Assembly (NCBI GenBank): GCA_038063195.1
Contig: JBBTVO010000012.1
Location: 1 to 45,610, forward strand
Direction of reading: 5' to 3'
DNA from: Patescibacteria group bacterium
GTDB taxonomy: Bacteria > Patescibacteriota > Microgenomatia > Levybacterales > UBA12049
Length of the DNA: 45,610 nt
Shown: positions 1 to 11,017 of the stretch, in pieces
Layout: each line of letters starts with the position of its first letter
Numbering within the stretch: the first letter of the stretch is position 1
Made by a program: the position numbers and the translations under genes
Notes under the pieces: model-generated
Told to the model about the DNA's origin: nothing
Databases searched by the model: none
Seen by the model: the letters and a program-made list of their open reading frames with translations, nothing else

Positions 1-2
1 AA

Positions 3-2354
3 AGATTTATAGAAAAAAGACCGCCTGAAGTTTTTGATATTCTTGAGGAAATTACGAAGAATCATCCAGTTCTACTCAACCGTGCCCCTACACTTCACAA
101 GCTTGGAATTCAAGCTTTCTTCCCTGTTTTAATTGAAGGAGCTGCAATAAGTCTTCACCCTTGTGTTTGTGCAGGATATAATGCTGATTTTGACGGAGAC
201 CAAATGGCAGTCCATATTCCGCTTTCAACTATGGCTAAGGAAGAGGCGATAAATCTTATGATGCCAAGGCACAATTTGTTAAAGCCAGCAGACGGAAGCC
301 CGATAACTCTCCCGAACAAGGAAATGGCTGTGGGAGTTTTCTATCTTACAAGTGTTGATGAAAATCTTGAAAAAGATGAAGAAAGCGTTTTTGAATCTCC
401 TCAGGAAGCTCTTCTTGTGCACGGACTCTCTAAGATTAAATACAGACAGCTTATAAGAGTACGGATTGATGGGGAAATTATTGAGACAACTATCGGAAGA
501 ATAATGTTTAATGAAAAACTTCCAAAGACCATAGGATTTATAAACGAACCTGTAAAAGCCTCAGGAATTAAGAAAATTATTACTCACGCAATTGCCAACT
601 ATACACCTTTGGAAGTAGAAGCTTTGATTGACAATGTAAAAACTCTCGGATTTTACGGCTCAACAATCTCAGGAATTTCCGTTTCCGTATTTGATAACAA
701 AATGGTCGAAGGAAAAGAAAAAAGGATTGACGAAGCTGAAGAGAAAATAAAAGAAATTGAAACAGAATACCAGCAGGGGCTTGTCACAAATGAGGAAAGA
801 AAAAGGCTTGAGAATAATGTTTGGCTTGGTGTGACAGATGATTTGGCAGACAAAACATGGGCAGCTCTTAAGTCAGATAATCCAATTAAAATAATTATTG
901 ACTCAGAAGGTGCCCGTGCCGGTAAAGAGCAGGTCAAGCAGCTTAGTGCCATGAGAGGACTTATTCTTGATCCTATGGGAAAAATAGTCGAGCTTCCTAT
1001 TAAGTCCAACTTCCGGGAAGGACTTTCAATTTTTGAATACGTAGCATCAGCAAGAGGTTCTCGAAAAGGTTTGACAGACTCGGCCTTGAAGACCGCAAAT
1101 GCAGGCTATCTTACACGAAGATTGGTCGACGTGTCTCATGACGTAATTATAAGAGGAGAAGATTGTGAAACCAAAAACGGAATTGTTATTTATAGAGAAG
1201 ACGCGGATAGGACTGCAACGTTTTATGACAGAATCCTAGGAAGAGCTGCAATAGGAAATATAGTCTCAAAAAAGACTAAGAAAATTCTTGTTAAAGAAGG
1301 AGATGTAATAGATGAGGCAAAAGCAGATATTATTACACGTGATGAAATAGCAGAAATCCACGCAAGATCTCCTCTTACTTGCGCAATGGAGTACGGCATT
1401 TGCGCTTTGTGCTATGGATGGGATTTCTCAACCAAGAGGAAAGTAGAACATGGAGTCCCTGTCGGAGTAATGGCAGCGCAATCTATCGGAGAGCCGGGAA
1501 CTCAGCTTACTATGAGAGTCAGGCATTTTGGAGGAGTTGTTATGTCAGATGTTACGCAAGGACTTCCGCGTGTTGAGGAACTTTTTGAAATGAGAACACC
1601 GAAGAATCTTTCGCCTGTTTCTGATATTTCAGGAAAACTTGAAATTGAAAAAGCAGAAGACGGATATCTACTCAAAGTTAAAAATTCAAGAGTAAAACCG
1701 CCCGAAGAGCGTGAATATTTCATACCGCTTGCCTCAGAACTTATGGTAAAAGACGGAGATGCTATTTCTACAGGGGCTCAGCTTGCCGCAGGATATCTTG
1801 ATCCGAAAGATATCTTAAAGATTAAAGGAATTGTAGAAGCACAGAGATATATAATTCTTGAAGCGCAGAAAGTCTATGAATCTCAGGGAATTGGAATTAA
1901 TGATAAGCATTTCGAGGTAATCCTGCGAAAAATGTCTGATAAGGTAATTGTTGAGACCGTCGGAGATACTTCTTTAATTCCGGGTGACTTTATCACCAAA
2001 GTGAAATTTGAAGAAATTAATGCCGAAGTATTGTCACAAGGCGGAGAGCCCGCAACAGCAAGGCAAATACTTCTGGGAATTACCAAGTCGTCACTATTTT
2101 CTGATTCGTGGCTTTCCGCCGCATCCTTCCAGGAAACAACTAAAGTTCTGACAGAAGCAGTTCTTCAAGGACAGGAGGACAGACTTATGGGGCTTAAAGA
2201 AAATGTAATTATAGGAAGACTAATTCCTGTAGGTAATAGTAATGACGAGGAGTTAATTTCTACTGAAGGAGAAAATGTTTTTAAGACCGAATCTCCCCCG
2301 ACAGTTGACTCCGATAAAATCGGAGTTGAACAGAACCCCGTAAATGAAGTATAA
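3..2354 (+). CDS. rpoC: RNA polymerase beta' subunit, 5'-truncated by window edge
   Basis: Frame open from base 3: [20 protein letters not shown] catalytic motif, [36 protein letters not shown]. Confidence 0.99.
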   Translation, partial: RFIEKRPPEVFDILEEITKNHPVLLNRAPTLHKLGIQAFFPVLIEGAAISLHPCVCAGYNADFDGDQMAVHIPLSTMAKEEAINLMMPRHNLLKPADGSPITLPNKEMAVGVFYLTSVDENLEKDEESVFESPQEALLVHGLSKIKYRQLIRVRIDGEIIETTIGRIMFNEKLPKTIGFINEPVKASGIKKIITHAIANYTPLEVEALIDNVKTLGFYGSTISGISVSVFDNKMVEGKEKRIDEAEEKIKEIETEYQQGLVTNEERKRLENNVWLGVTDDLADKTWAALKSDNPIKIIIDSEGARAGKEQVKQLSAMRGLILDPMGKIVELPIKSNFREGLSIFEYVASARGSRKGLTDSALKTANAGYLTRRLVDVSHDVIIRGEDCETKNGIVIYREDADRTATFYDRILGRAAIGNIVSKKTKKILVKEGDVIDEAKADIITRDEIAEIHARSPLTCAMEYGICALCYGWDFSTKRKVEHGVPVGVMAAQSIGEPGTQLTMRVRHFGGVVMSDVTQGLPRVEELFEMRTPKNLSPVSDISGKLEIEKAEDGYLLKVKNSRVKPPEEREYFIPLASELMVKDGDAISTGAQLAAGYLDPKDILKIKGIVEAQRYIILEAQKVYESQGIGINDKHFEVILRKMSDKVIVETVGDTSLIPGDFITKVKFEEINAEVLSQGGEPATARQILLGITKSSLFSDSWLSAASFQETTKVLTEAVLQGQEDRLMGLKENVIIGRLIPVGNSNDEELISTEGENVFKTESPPTVDSDKIGVEQNPVNEV

Positions 2355-2430
2355 TATCACGACAAATAAAATATCAAATATAGAATATAAAATATTTTAT
2401 CTTTAATTTTTAATATTTAATATAATAATC

Positions 2431-2904
2431 ATGCCAACTTTATCACAGCTTGCCAGACATGGCAGGAAAAGAAAAATAAAAAAGACTAAGTCTACGGCCT
2501 TGAAAAGACTTTTTAATGCTAAAGACCAGAAGTATTCTCAGGTCGCTGCTCCTCAAAAAAGAGGGGTAGTAACTCTTGTAAAAACCATGACTCCAAGAAA
2601 ACCAAATTCAGCGCTTCGTAAAGTGGCGCGTGTAAAACTTTCAAACAAAATGGAAGTTACAGCTTATATTCAGGGAGTCGGACATTCACTTTCCGAGCAC
2701 GGGATAGTAGTTGTCAAGGGCGGAAGAGTCAAGGATTTACCCGGAGTCAAATACCATATTATAAGAGGGAAATTTGACCTTGCAGGAGTTGAAGGACGAA
2801 AAACATCAAGAAGCAAGTATGGTACGAAGAAAGGTTTGGGTGGAGGAGGATCAACAAAGCCGGCAGTGGCAGCACCAGCACCCGAAGCACAGCCCGCGGA
2901 ATAA
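2431..2904 (+). CDS. rpsL: 30S ribosomal protein S12 with Gly/Ala/Pro C-terminal tail
   Basis: [30 protein letters not shown]. Confidence 0.99.
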   Translation: MPTLSQLARHGRKRKIKKTKSTALKRLFNAKDQKYSQVAAPQKRGVVTLVKTMTPRKPNSALRKVARVKLSNKMEVTAYIQGVGHSLSEHGIVVVKGGRVKDLPGVKYHIIRGKFDLAGVEGRKTSRSKYGTKKGLGGGGSTKPAVAAPAPEAQPAE

Positions 2905-2936
2905 TTTTCTAGTATCTATTATCTAATAACTAAACC

Positions 2937-3410
2937 ATGAGACATAAAAAGACAAAAAAAAGAGAGCTAGAACCGGATAAAATTTACAACAGTAAATTAG
3001 TTGCGAAGTTTATCAATAACCTGATGCGCGATGGTAAGAAAACAATTGCGCAGAAAGTTTTCTATGATGCCCTTGAACTTATCAAAGAAAAAGGGAAAGA
3101 TCCTCTTGAGACCTTTGAAAAAGCAGTCGCTATTATTGAGCCAAGGCTTGAAGTTAAGGCACGAAGAGTTGGGGGAGCAAATTATCAGGTGCCTATTGAA
3201 GTAAGAGGCGAGAGAAAAATGTCTCTTTCTATCCGTTGGATTATTCAGGCTGCGGCTTCGCGACCAAGTAAGGAATATCACACTTTTTCAGAAAAACTTT
3301 CAGCAGAGCTTATGGATGCGATTGAAAATAAGGGAGAGGCGATTAAGAAAAAAGACGTAATGCACCGCATGGCAGAGGCGAACAAAGCCTTCGCTCACTT
3401 CCGCTGGTAA
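2937..3410 (+). CDS. rpsG: 30S ribosomal protein S7
   Basis: RRVGGANYQVP, HRMAEANKAFAHFRW. Confidence 0.99.
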   Translation: MRHKKTKKRELEPDKIYNSKLVAKFINNLMRDGKKTIAQKVFYDALELIKEKGKDPLETFEKAVAIIEPRLEVKARRVGGANYQVPIEVRGERKMSLSIRWIIQAAASRPSKEYHTFSEKLSAELMDAIENKGEAIKKKDVMHRMAEANKAFAHFRW

Positions 3411-3441
3411 GCCCCATCTGATTTTGTGTAATAATAGAACC

Positions 3442-4023
3442 GTGAAGAGTTTTCTTCGAGCTTATCACATTATTTTTGCTTTAGTTCTTGCTTATACACT
3501 TGGCTTTCTCTTTATCCACACGCCGGTCATAGAATTCTTTAGTTACATCTCCAATCTTGTCGAGATTTTATTAGTCGGGATTTTTCTTTATCTTGGATTG
3601 GTGAATTCGGAGAAACAAAAAGACTTAACCTCATTGCGGGGAGCGGTCGTGGTTTACATAATCGCAATAAGCTTGGCTTTTATAATACTTCTCGAGAATC
3701 AAGTTTCTGTGCGGTTTTCTTGGGTAAGTTTCGTCCAACATAGACTTACGCCCATTGTAGTTCTTCTTGAATGGATATTAAATCCTCCGACTCGCAAGCT
3801 TAAGATAATTGATACTTTTAAATGGCTTATTTTCCCCACGCTATATTTTATTTGGGCAATGATAAGAGGAGGATTTATTGACGGTTGGTATCCTTATAGA
3901 TTTTTTGATCCTAGAATTGTAGGATTCGATGGAGTCCTCAAATATTTTGTCGGCCTTCTCATCGGAGGCTGGATTATTTCTCTGATTACAATCTTCATCG
4001 GCAACAAACTCAGGAAGAAGTAA
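3442..4023 (+). CDS. Pr6Pr-like integral membrane protein
   Basis: About 6 hydrophobic segments; FFSY.SN, H..TP....EW and GWYPY.F.DP motifs; GTG at 3442 preferred over TTG at 3424. Confidence 0.75.
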   Translation: MKSFLRAYHIIFALVLAYTLGFLFIHTPVIEFFSYISNLVEILLVGIFLYLGLVNSEKQKDLTSLRGAVVVYIIAISLAFIILLENQVSVRFSWVSFVQHRLTPIVVLLEWILNPPTRKLKIIDTFKWLIFPTLYFIWAMIRGGFIDGWYPYRFFDPRIVGFDGVLKYFVGLLIGGWIISLITIFIGNKLRKK

Positions 4024-4582
4024 AAACTGCGAAGCCGCGAAGATGGCCGTCGAATTGTTTTCCCATCGATTTTTCCAAAGTTTTTATATCTGCCTCCCAA
4101 GAAGCTTTGCTTCCGATTCCAGGATCGCAAAAAGTTACTTTTGGTCCATTAATAGAAGAAATTAAACAAAAGTGTCCGTTATCTCTGTCTTTATAAAAAG
4201 GTTTTAACCAATAATTAGCCATAATATCATTGTTTTTTTTAAGATTCTCTTCGATAAAAGATTTGACGTCTTTTATTTGATTTATATAGAATACTTCGCT
4301 TTTTAGATTGAGTTTGTGTTTTTTGAAAAAAGCCTTTATTTTTTGTTCTTTAAATTCTCTAAGCCAAAGTCCTGTAATTTTTTCATTTTTTATTGTCCTA
4401 AGTTTTACGGTAAATGAATCTTTAACTTTCGGAGTGATTCTTGCTCCGAGCTCTTCGGCAATTATTTCCTGATCAATCCATTGATTAGTTCTTCGCAAAA
4501 TAACCATCTGGAGACAAGTCGGTCCACAAAGAAAACGTTTCTGAACGAGATGTTTATATTCTGGTTTAAGCTTAAAGAGCAT
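4010..4582 (-). CDS. C39-like (papain-fold) cysteine peptidase
   Basis: Q....CGPTCLQMV (Cys), GHFCLI (His), FCDP (Asp). Confidence 0.8.
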   Translation of the reverse strand: MLFKLKPEYKHLVQKRFLCGPTCLQMVILRRTNQWIDQEIIAEELGARITPKVKDSFTVKLRTIKNEKITGLWLREFKEQKIKAFFKKHKLNLKSEVFYINQIKDVKSFIEENLKKNNDIMANYWLKPFYKDRDNGHFCLISSINGPKVTFCDPGIGSKASWEADIKTLEKSMGKQFDGHLRGFAVFTSS

Positions 4583-5024
4583 ATTCCTGCCTTGGTTTGT
4601 TTGGGAAGTTTACTAGATCAAATAAGACAAAAGCTCTTGGTTTAATTTTGTAAAATCTATGCGGAGATTCTTTGGAGCTTATAAATTTATCAATGATCTT
4701 CTTAGGAAAAATTCTTCCTTCATAAAACGATCTTGCTTTTTTAATATCTTGTCCATCAGTAAGAAGTTTTGCATCTCCTTCCAATTGTAAACCTCTGGGA
4801 TCATCTTTCGGAGTCTGAGGCATGACTATTACTGCTGATACTTTGGGATTTTTAATTACTTCTTTTGAGTGACGTCTTGTGGTTGAAGAAAACCAATAGA
4901 TATTTAAGTTTTCGTCTGAGGCAAACCAAACGCTGCAAGTCCAAGGCTGATTATCTACAGAAGTTGAAAGTTGCATCAACTTTGCTTCTTTTAAATATTT
5001 TTCAATTAATTTTCTCAAATCCAT
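4572..5024 (-). CDS. Pyridoxamine 5'-phosphate oxidase-like (split-barrel FMN-binding) protein
   Basis: MQLST...QPW...VWF....NIYWFS...RRHSK....NPKVS, RGLQLEG. Confidence 0.85.
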   Translation of the reverse strand: MDLRKLIEKYLKEAKLMQLSTSVDNQPWTCSVWFASDENLNIYWFSSTTRRHSKEVIKNPKVSAVIVMPQTPKDDPRGLQLEGDAKLLTDGQDIKKARSFYEGRIFPKKIIDKFISSKESPHRFYKIKPRAFVLFDLVNFPNKPRQEYAL

Positions 5025-5033
5025 AGCCAGATT

Positions 5034-5759
5034 TTATAATGTTTCTGTAAACCAATCAATCATGATTTTTGTGTAGGTTTCATTTACTCCTGGATTGCGG
5101 AGCGAATGATCAGCGCCTTTTAGCCATTCGAGCTTCTTGTTCTTTGATCCGGCATGATCAAAATATCCTTGAATAATTTTTGGAGGACAAGTGTCATCCA
5201 GTTCGCATCCTACTACCAGAAGATCGCCTTTGTATTTTTCAATTGCTCTTATATATTTATTATCAAGCGCTCTGTCAGAAAATCTATATTTTCTCCTGGA
5301 TTCAGTAGTTTTATCGCTCCAATCAAAAGGTTTTTCAAACCAGTTGTCTTCATAAACAGCAGGGGCTTGTAAGACCATTGATTTTACTTTTCTTTCGGAT
5401 GCAATAAGAGGTGCATTTCCTCCGCCAAAACTGTGAGCACATATTCCAACTCTGTCTTTATCAACAAAATCTTGGTTGTAAAGAAAATCAAAAGCCAGAA
5501 GAGAATCATCCAGAAAGTCTTTTAAAGAAAGAGTCCCGAGTTTTCCATCACTTCCTCCGACGCCTCTCAGATCGAAAACTAAAGATCCGATTCCTTTTTC
5601 TGAAAGTTTCAGAGCTCTTTCCAAATGGCGAGGTTTACTTTGGCTTATCATCCCATGATAGAAAACTACTGCAGGAACTTTTTTATTGTAATCAGGTTTA
5701 ATAATCGTTCCTGAAAGATTATATTTACCACTTTTTATTTTTACCGACTCCATTTTCAT
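5034..5759 (-). CDS. Alpha/beta hydrolase
   Basis: VVFYHG, FDLRGVGGSDG, AHSFGG nucleophile elbow, DDTC, GADH; ATG at 5768 overlaps the -10 box so 5759 is preferred. Confidence 0.88.
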   Translation of the reverse strand: MKMESVKIKSGKYNLSGTIIKPDYNKKVPAVVFYHGMISQSKPRHLERALKLSEKGIGSLVFDLRGVGGSDGKLGTLSLKDFLDDSLLAFDFLYNQDFVDKDRVGICAHSFGGGNAPLIASERKVKSMVLQAPAVYEDNWFEKPFDWSDKTTESRRKYRFSDRALDNKYIRAIEKYKGDLLVVGCELDDTCPPKIIQGYFDHAGSKNKKLEWLKGADHSLRNPGVNETYTKIMIDWFTETL

Positions 5760-5766
5760 TAATTGC

Positions 5767-5809
5767 ATTATATCATTCTCTAGCCATAGATTCGAAAATG
5801 TGATATACT
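5767..5809. promoter_or_regulatory. Back-to-back extended -10 promoters (hydrolase operon on minus, fusA on plus)
   Basis: Minus strand TGaTATAAT (-10 at 5772-5767); plus strand TGaTATACT (-10 at 5804-5809). Confidence 0.6.
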
Positions 5810-5863
5810 CAACTTTGATAAATTCGTTCCGTTAAGGGCGGGATCGGATTTATTTTTTTAATT

Positions 5864-7981
5864 ATGGCAGATACAAAAAATCAGGAAGTTACACTAGATA
5901 AGATAAGAAATATCGGTATTATTGCTCATATTGATGCAGGTAAAACCACTACTACCGAGCGTATTTTGTTTTATACCGGAAAAACCTACAAAATCGGAGA
6001 TATTGATGAGGGAAATACTCAGATGGATTGGATGGAGCAGGAAAAAGAGCGGGGAATTACTATCGTCTCCGCCGCAACTACCGCGTATTGGAAGGGTTAT
6101 AGAATAAATATTATTGATACTCCCGGCCACGTAGATTTTACCGCAGAAGTAGAGCGTTCGCTTCGTGTTCTTGATGGAGGAATTACTGTTCTTGATGCAG
6201 AAGAAGGAGTTCAGTCACAATCTGAAACCGTCTGGAGACAGGCAGATAAATATAAAGTTCCGCGTATTTGTTTTGTAAATAAAATGGATAAGCTTGGTGC
6301 AGATTTCCTCGCAACAATAAAAAGTATTGAAGAAAGGCTTGGAGCCAATCCAGCGATTATGGTTTTGCCAATCGGAGCCGAGAATACATTTAAAGGAACT
6401 GTAGATCTACTAACTAGAAAATCTTTCATTTGGGGTTCGGATGACCTAGGTGCGAAATTTGAAGAGTCGGATGAAATCCCGGCTGACATGAAGGAGCAAG
6501 TTGAGGAGTACAGAAATAAACTTATTGAGAAAATCTCAGAAACTGATGACAAGCTTCTGGAGCAATATCTTGGCGGAGAAGAGCCTACGGTTGATGAATT
6601 GAGAGCAGCGCTTAGGCGCGCAGTCATTGCATATAAATTAGTTCCGATTTACGCAGGAAGTTCCCTAAGGAACAAAGGGGTTCAACCCCTACTTGATGCT
6701 GTTATTGATTATCTTCCATCTCCTGTAGATCTTGATGAAGTTAAGGGTATCAATCCAAAAACAGAAGAAGAAGTTGCAAGAAAATTGGTGCCTGAGGAAG
6801 CAATGTCAGGTCTTGCATTTAAAATTCAGATTGATCCTCATGTAGGAAAACTTACTTATTTTAGGGTTTATTCCGGAAAAATTACATCCGGTTCCTACAT
6901 TTACAACAGTACGAAAAATGTACAGGAAAGAGTCGGGCGAATTCTACTTATGCATGCGAATTCCCGTGTGGAGCTTAAAGAAGCCAAGGCTGGAGAAATA
7001 GTTGCTTTGGTCGGTCTTAAAGATACTGTGACAGGAGATACGCTTTCAGATGATAAAAATCCTATTATTCTTGAGAAGATTTCATTTCCGGATCCTGTTA
7101 TTTCTCTTGCAATTGAGCCCAAAACCAAAATCGATCAGGAAAAATTGGGATTGGCTTTGAAAAGATTGTCCGAAGAAGATCCGACATTTGTTATCAAGAC
7201 CAATCATGAAACAGGACAGACAATAATTTCAGGAGTCGGAGAGCTTCAGCTTGAGGTTATGGTCGATAGAATGAAAAGAGAGTTTGGCGTTTTGGCAAAT
7301 GTGGGAGCACCTCAGGTTGCATACAAAGAAACTATCGCTCAGGAAGCCCAAGCTGAAGGAAAATATATCAAACAATCGGGAGGACGCGGACAATACGGGC
7401 ATTGTTTCCTTCGGGTTACGCCAAAACCTCGCGGAGAAGGATATGAATTTGTTGACGCAATAAAAGGAGGAGCAATTCCTGCTGAGTTCGTAAAAGCAGT
7501 TGAGAAAGGTATAGTTGAGACCATGGAAAACGGAGTTCTTCTTGGATATCCGATGGTTGATATGACTGTTACCTGCTATGATGGCAGTTATCATGATGTT
7601 GATTCTTCAGAAATCGCCTTTAAAATTGCAGCTTCTCAGGCTCTCCAGGCAGCTACTAAGAAAGCAAACCTTACGCTTCTTGAGCCTATTATGAAAGTTG
7701 AAGTTACGACCCCGTCTGATTTTATGGGAGATGTTATAGGTGATCTTTCTGCAAAGCGCGCACAAATTTTAGGAACTGAGGAAAAAGGAAAAACGACTGT
7801 CATCCTGGCGATGGCTCCGCTTGCCGAACTTTCGGGATATATCACAACGCTTCGCTCAATGTCACAGGGCCGGGCTTCTGCCTATGTGGAGCCTTCTCAC
7901 TATGAAGAAGTTCCGAAAAATATTGTTGAAGCAATGCTTGCCAAATCAACATTTACCGGAAGAGTTTCAGCTCAAGGATAA
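5864..7981 (+). CDS. fusA: Elongation factor G
   Basis: [45 protein letters not shown]. Confidence 0.99.
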   Translation: MADTKNQEVTLDKIRNIGIIAHIDAGKTTTTERILFYTGKTYKIGDIDEGNTQMDWMEQEKERGITIVSAATTAYWKGYRINIIDTPGHVDFTAEVERSLRVLDGGITVLDAEEGVQSQSETVWRQADKYKVPRICFVNKMDKLGADFLATIKSIEERLGANPAIMVLPIGAENTFKGTVDLLTRKSFIWGSDDLGAKFEESDEIPADMKEQVEEYRNKLIEKISETDDKLLEQYLGGEEPTVDELRAALRRAVIAYKLVPIYAGSSLRNKGVQPLLDAVIDYLPSPVDLDEVKGINPKTEEEVARKLVPEEAMSGLAFKIQIDPHVGKLTYFRVYSGKITSGSYIYNSTKNVQERVGRILLMHANSRVELKEAKAGEIVALVGLKDTVTGDTLSDDKNPIILEKISFPDPVISLAIEPKTKIDQEKLGLALKRLSEEDPTFVIKTNHETGQTIISGVGELQLEVMVDRMKREFGVLANVGAPQVAYKETIAQEAQAEGKYIKQSGGRGQYGHCFLRVTPKPRGEGYEFVDAIKGGAIPAEFVKAVEKGIVETMENGVLLGYPMVDMTVTCYDGSYHDVDSSEIAFKIAASQALQAATKKANLTLLEPIMKVEVTTPSDFMGDVIGDLSAKRAQILGTEEKGKTTVILAMAPLAELSGYITTLRSMSQGRASAYVEPSHYEEVPKNIVEAMLAKSTFTGRVSAQG

Positions 7982-8029
7982 ACTTGAAATTATCTTCAAA
8001 AGTTTTATAATAACGTCTTAAAGAAGTTT

Positions 8030-8545
8030 ATGACAGAAAAAAGACCAGTTTTCGATCCTACTGTACAAGGTAATATTCCGCAATTTCCTTCCGAAGAATG
8101 GTTCAAGGAAACTCTTGGTGAAGATTATCGCCAGCTTGTTAGCCAACAGCTGTATTCGGTTGGACTTTTAGATGAAGGAGAAGATTTAAAACTGGATCCC
8201 GTAAAAAATGATAACCAGGTAGACGATAGACATTTTCTATATGAAGGAGTAATTAAAGGAAATTTTGTATCAGTCTGTTTGCTTAAAGACGATGGATATG
8301 CCGCAACTTCTGTCAATCCAAATAGTGAAACAGATATTTATCTGCTTAAAGGCTCATTAGATTTAACATTGTATTATTGGGAATCTGGGGAAAAAGATGA
8401 ATTTATAGAATTGACTGAAGACAACAATCATTTTAGAATTGAACCAGATGTCCATTTTATGGTTCATTCAGGTATAATTGATTCAAAAGACCTAGCTTTT
8501 TATATAGAAGTAACGCCTATTTCTGATGATCAAACTTCCTTCTAA
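8030..8545 (+). CDS. Acidic hypothetical protein, possible C-terminal cupin-like barrel
   Basis: 171-aa ORF with own promoter (TTGAAA 7984, TATAAT 8006); E...LLKGSL.L....EL......F.I.P...F pattern resembles a cupin. Confidence 0.6.
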   Translation: MTEKRPVFDPTVQGNIPQFPSEEWFKETLGEDYRQLVSQQLYSVGLLDEGEDLKLDPVKNDNQVDDRHFLYEGVIKGNFVSVCLLKDDGYAATSVNPNSETDIYLLKGSLDLTLYYWESGEKDEFIELTEDNNHFRIEPDVHFMVHSGIIDSKDLAFYIEVTPISDDQTSF

Positions 8546-8562
8546 CAATAGTTTGATTTTTT

Positions 8563-8623
8563 TTGCAAGGTCCGACCTTGTAATTTTGGAAAAATCCAGA
8601 TCCTTCACGATGTTCAGGATGAC
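8563..8623. repeat. Two small palindromic repeats
   Basis: TTGCAAGGTC-C-GACCTTGTAA hairpin at 8563-8583; AGATCCTTCACGATGTTCAGGATGAC at 8598-8623 is related in reverse complement to 10026-10053. Confidence 0.6.
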
Positions 8624-8640
8624 TTTTTTAAAATTCCCTC

Positions 8641-8669
8641 TTGACGCAGGTTCAAAAATATTGTATTAT
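8641..8669 (+). promoter_or_regulatory. sigma70-type promoter for tuf
   Basis: TTGACG-17bp-TATTAT with TG extension. Confidence 0.7.
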
Positions 8670-8727
8670 CTTTTCTAGCCTTAATTTGTTTAAGGTCTAT
8701 TTTTTTCTTGTAAAAATTTTATAAAAT

Positions 8728-9915
8728 ATGGCAGACGCAAAGAAATTTGAACGAAACAAACCGCACGTAAACGTCGGTACCATTGGTCACGTTGATCATG
8801 GTAAGACTACTCTAACTGCAGCTATTACTACCGTTCTTGCAAAGAAAGGTTTGGCAACTGCCAAGAAATACGAAGATATTGACAATGCTCCTGAGGAAAA
8901 AGCAAGAGGGGTCACGATCAATATTTCTCACCAGGAATACGAAACAGAAAAAAGACATTATGCCCACATCGATGCTCCGGGTCACGCAGATTACATAAAA
9001 AACATGATTACAGGTGCCGCTCAGATGGATGGTGCAATTCTTGTAGTTTCTGCTCCTGACGGACCTATGCCACAGACACGGGAGCACATTCTCCTTGCCT
9101 ATCAGGTAGGAGTTCCTGCGATTGTAGTTTTTCTTAACAAATGCGATATGGTTTCCGACGAAGAACTTCTTGATCTGGTTGAGATGGAAGTCCGGGAACT
9201 TCTTACCAAGTACAAATATCCGGGAGACAAAGTCACGATAGTAAGAGGATCAGCTCTTAAGGCACTCGAAGGAGACGCAGAAGCAGAAAAGCAAATTTTG
9301 GCTCTTATGGATGCAGTAGATAAAGATATTCCAACACCAGAGAGACCGCTTGATAAGCCATTCCTTATGCCTGTTGAGGACGTATTTTCAATTAAAGGAA
9401 GAGGAACAGTTGTAACAGGAAGAATTGAGCGAGGCAAGGTTAAGATAAATGAGACAGTAGAAATCGTCGGAATTAAAGCAACCAAATCAACTGTTGTTAC
9501 AGGAGTAGAAATGTTCCGAAAACAACTTGATGATGGACAGGCAGGAGATAACGTAGGTTTGCTTCTCCGGGGAATTGAAAAGGACGATGTAGAAAGAGGA
9601 CAGGTCGTTGCAAAACCGGGAAGTATTACTCCTCACAAAGAATTTGAAGCAGAAGTTTACATTCTTACCAAGGAAGAGGGCGGACGGCACACACCGTTTT
9701 TCACAGGATACAGACCACAATTCTATATCCGAACTACAGATGTTACCGCAGAAGTAGCACTTCCTAAGGGAGTAGAGATGGTCATGCCCGGAGACTCAAC
9801 CAAGATGACAGTAAAACTTATTGTGCCCGTAGCTCTTGAAGAGGGAGTAAGGTTTGCTGTACGAGAAGGTGGAAAAACCGTAGGCGCAGGCGTGATTACG
9901 AAAATATTGGCGTAA
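8728..9915 (+). CDS. tuf: Elongation factor Tu
   Basis: [41 protein letters not shown]. Confidence 0.99.
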   Translation: MADAKKFERNKPHVNVGTIGHVDHGKTTLTAAITTVLAKKGLATAKKYEDIDNAPEEKARGVTINISHQEYETEKRHYAHIDAPGHADYIKNMITGAAQMDGAILVVSAPDGPMPQTREHILLAYQVGVPAIVVFLNKCDMVSDEELLDLVEMEVRELLTKYKYPGDKVTIVRGSALKALEGDAEAEKQILALMDAVDKDIPTPERPLDKPFLMPVEDVFSIKGRGTVVTGRIERGKVKINETVEIVGIKATKSTVVTGVEMFRKQLDDGQAGDNVGLLLRGIEKDDVERGQVVAKPGSITPHKEFEAEVYILTKEEGGRHTPFFTGYRPQFYIRTTDVTAEVALPKGVEMVMPGDSTKMTVKLIVPVALEEGVRFAVREGGKTVGAGVITKILA

Positions 9916-9918
9916 TCA

Positions 9919-9990
9919 AAGTCCCTCCAAAATCGCCCCTTGAGGCGTATTCGAATAGAATTGAAAAGCTGAAAGGTAAGATTGGTGGGA
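9919..9990 (+). repeat. ~72-bp dispersed repeat, copy 1 (after tuf stop)
   Basis: 62/72 identical to 30508-30578 by hand alignment. Confidence 0.85.
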
Positions 9991-10074
9991 AGTTGTTACC
10001 AAGATTTTAGCTTAATTTCCCCAATTGTCATTCTGAGCAAAGCGAAGAATCTCCCTTAATTTCCATTTTCTCTT

Positions 10075-10221
10075 GTACTTTTTGCCGAAAAAGTACCAAA
10101 AACTCTTGCCACGCTTAGTCTCATGCTTTCAAAGTTTTGCTCGCTTGTCACGGGTCCCAGTCTAAAGACATCCCGTAACGACTCTCTCAACTTCTCATGC
10201 ATTCGACGTACAGAGTGGCAA
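10075..10221. repeat. TACTTTT..AAAAGTACCAAAAACTC palindromic element with long imperfect hairpin, copy 1
   Basis: Head shared with 10851-10889; TTGCCAC(10106)...GTGGCAA(10221) closes a bulged hairpin. Confidence 0.7.
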
Positions 10222-10232
10222 ATGAAAACTTA

Positions 10233-10260
10233 TTGACAAATTATCTTTTGCGCGTATAAT
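10233..10260 (+). promoter_or_regulatory. Consensus promoter for near-leaderless orphan gene
   Basis: TTGACA-16bp-TATAAT, 9 nt before ATG at 10270. Confidence 0.75.
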
Positions 10261-10269
10261 ATCCCCATT

Positions 10270-10803
10270 ATGACTGAAATAGTTGAATCTAGATTGTCGG
10301 ATGCAGAGACGAAGACTTTTATAGAAATACTTGGCGAAAAGGGTGCCGTAGCCACGGTTTCAGGTGGGCAGATTGAAGGGCAAGGTCTTATAACTACGAT
10401 TAAGCTAGGAGAACCTGTTTCTTTCCTAATAGTATTAAAACAAAGATGGATAGGCTTTGACCATGATGATACAACCGAAAGGTCTGTTGAAAGAACTGTT
10501 TATACAATGAACGATGAGCATGCCGAATTGATTGTGGAGGCAAAAGCTAGAGCATTGGGCAAAGAAAGCAATCAGAAACCTCACAATGAGCCACGTCTTG
10601 GAGAAAAAAGCAGGGAGAAATGGAAAAATGCACCTGATGATGCTGGGATAATTTTTGATAAAGCTTCTGACCCAAGAATGATGGGCAAATCACCGGAACA
10701 GATTATTAATGAGAGAATGAATGAGGCATTTGATTCACAGCAGGGCGATTCTCTTATTGACGAATCGGCCTCAATTCTTCAAGCAGATATATCAGGAGAT
10801 TAA
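10270..10803 (+). CDS. Acidic hypothetical protein
   Basis: 177-aa ORF filling the tuf-rpsJ gap with its own promoter; no recognisable motif. Confidence 0.7.
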   Translation: MTEIVESRLSDAETKTFIEILGEKGAVATVSGGQIEGQGLITTIKLGEPVSFLIVLKQRWIGFDHDDTTERSVERTVYTMNDEHAELIVEAKARALGKESNQKPHNEPRLGEKSREKWKNAPDDAGIIFDKASDPRMMGKSPEQIINERMNEAFDSQQGDSLIDESASILQADISGD

Positions 10804-10850
10804 GCTTCTTTCTTCTTGAATTATTTGCTTTGAGCCTGTATTCCTCTTTA

Positions 10851-10906
10851 TACTTTTATACCGACAAAAGTACCAAAAACTCCTGACAAGCCTCACCGGA
10901 TTGTCA
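10851..10906. repeat. TACTTTT..AAAAGTACCAAAAACTC element, copy 2 (short hairpin)
   Basis: TACTTTTATACCGACAAAAGTACCAAAAACTCCTGACAA...TTGTCA. Confidence 0.7.
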
Positions 10907-10930
10907 AAAATAGAGAAATATAAATAATTC

Positions 10931-10959
10931 TTGCTAAATTCTCCCTTCTATTGTAAAAT
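10931..10959 (+). promoter_or_regulatory. Promoter for rpsJ
   Basis: TTGCTA-17bp-TAAAAT with TG extension. Confidence 0.65.
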
Positions 10960-11017
10960 AGCATATTAGTTTTAAGTTAGCTTTTAATTTTGCACTTTAA
11001 GTTATTAGTTATTTATC

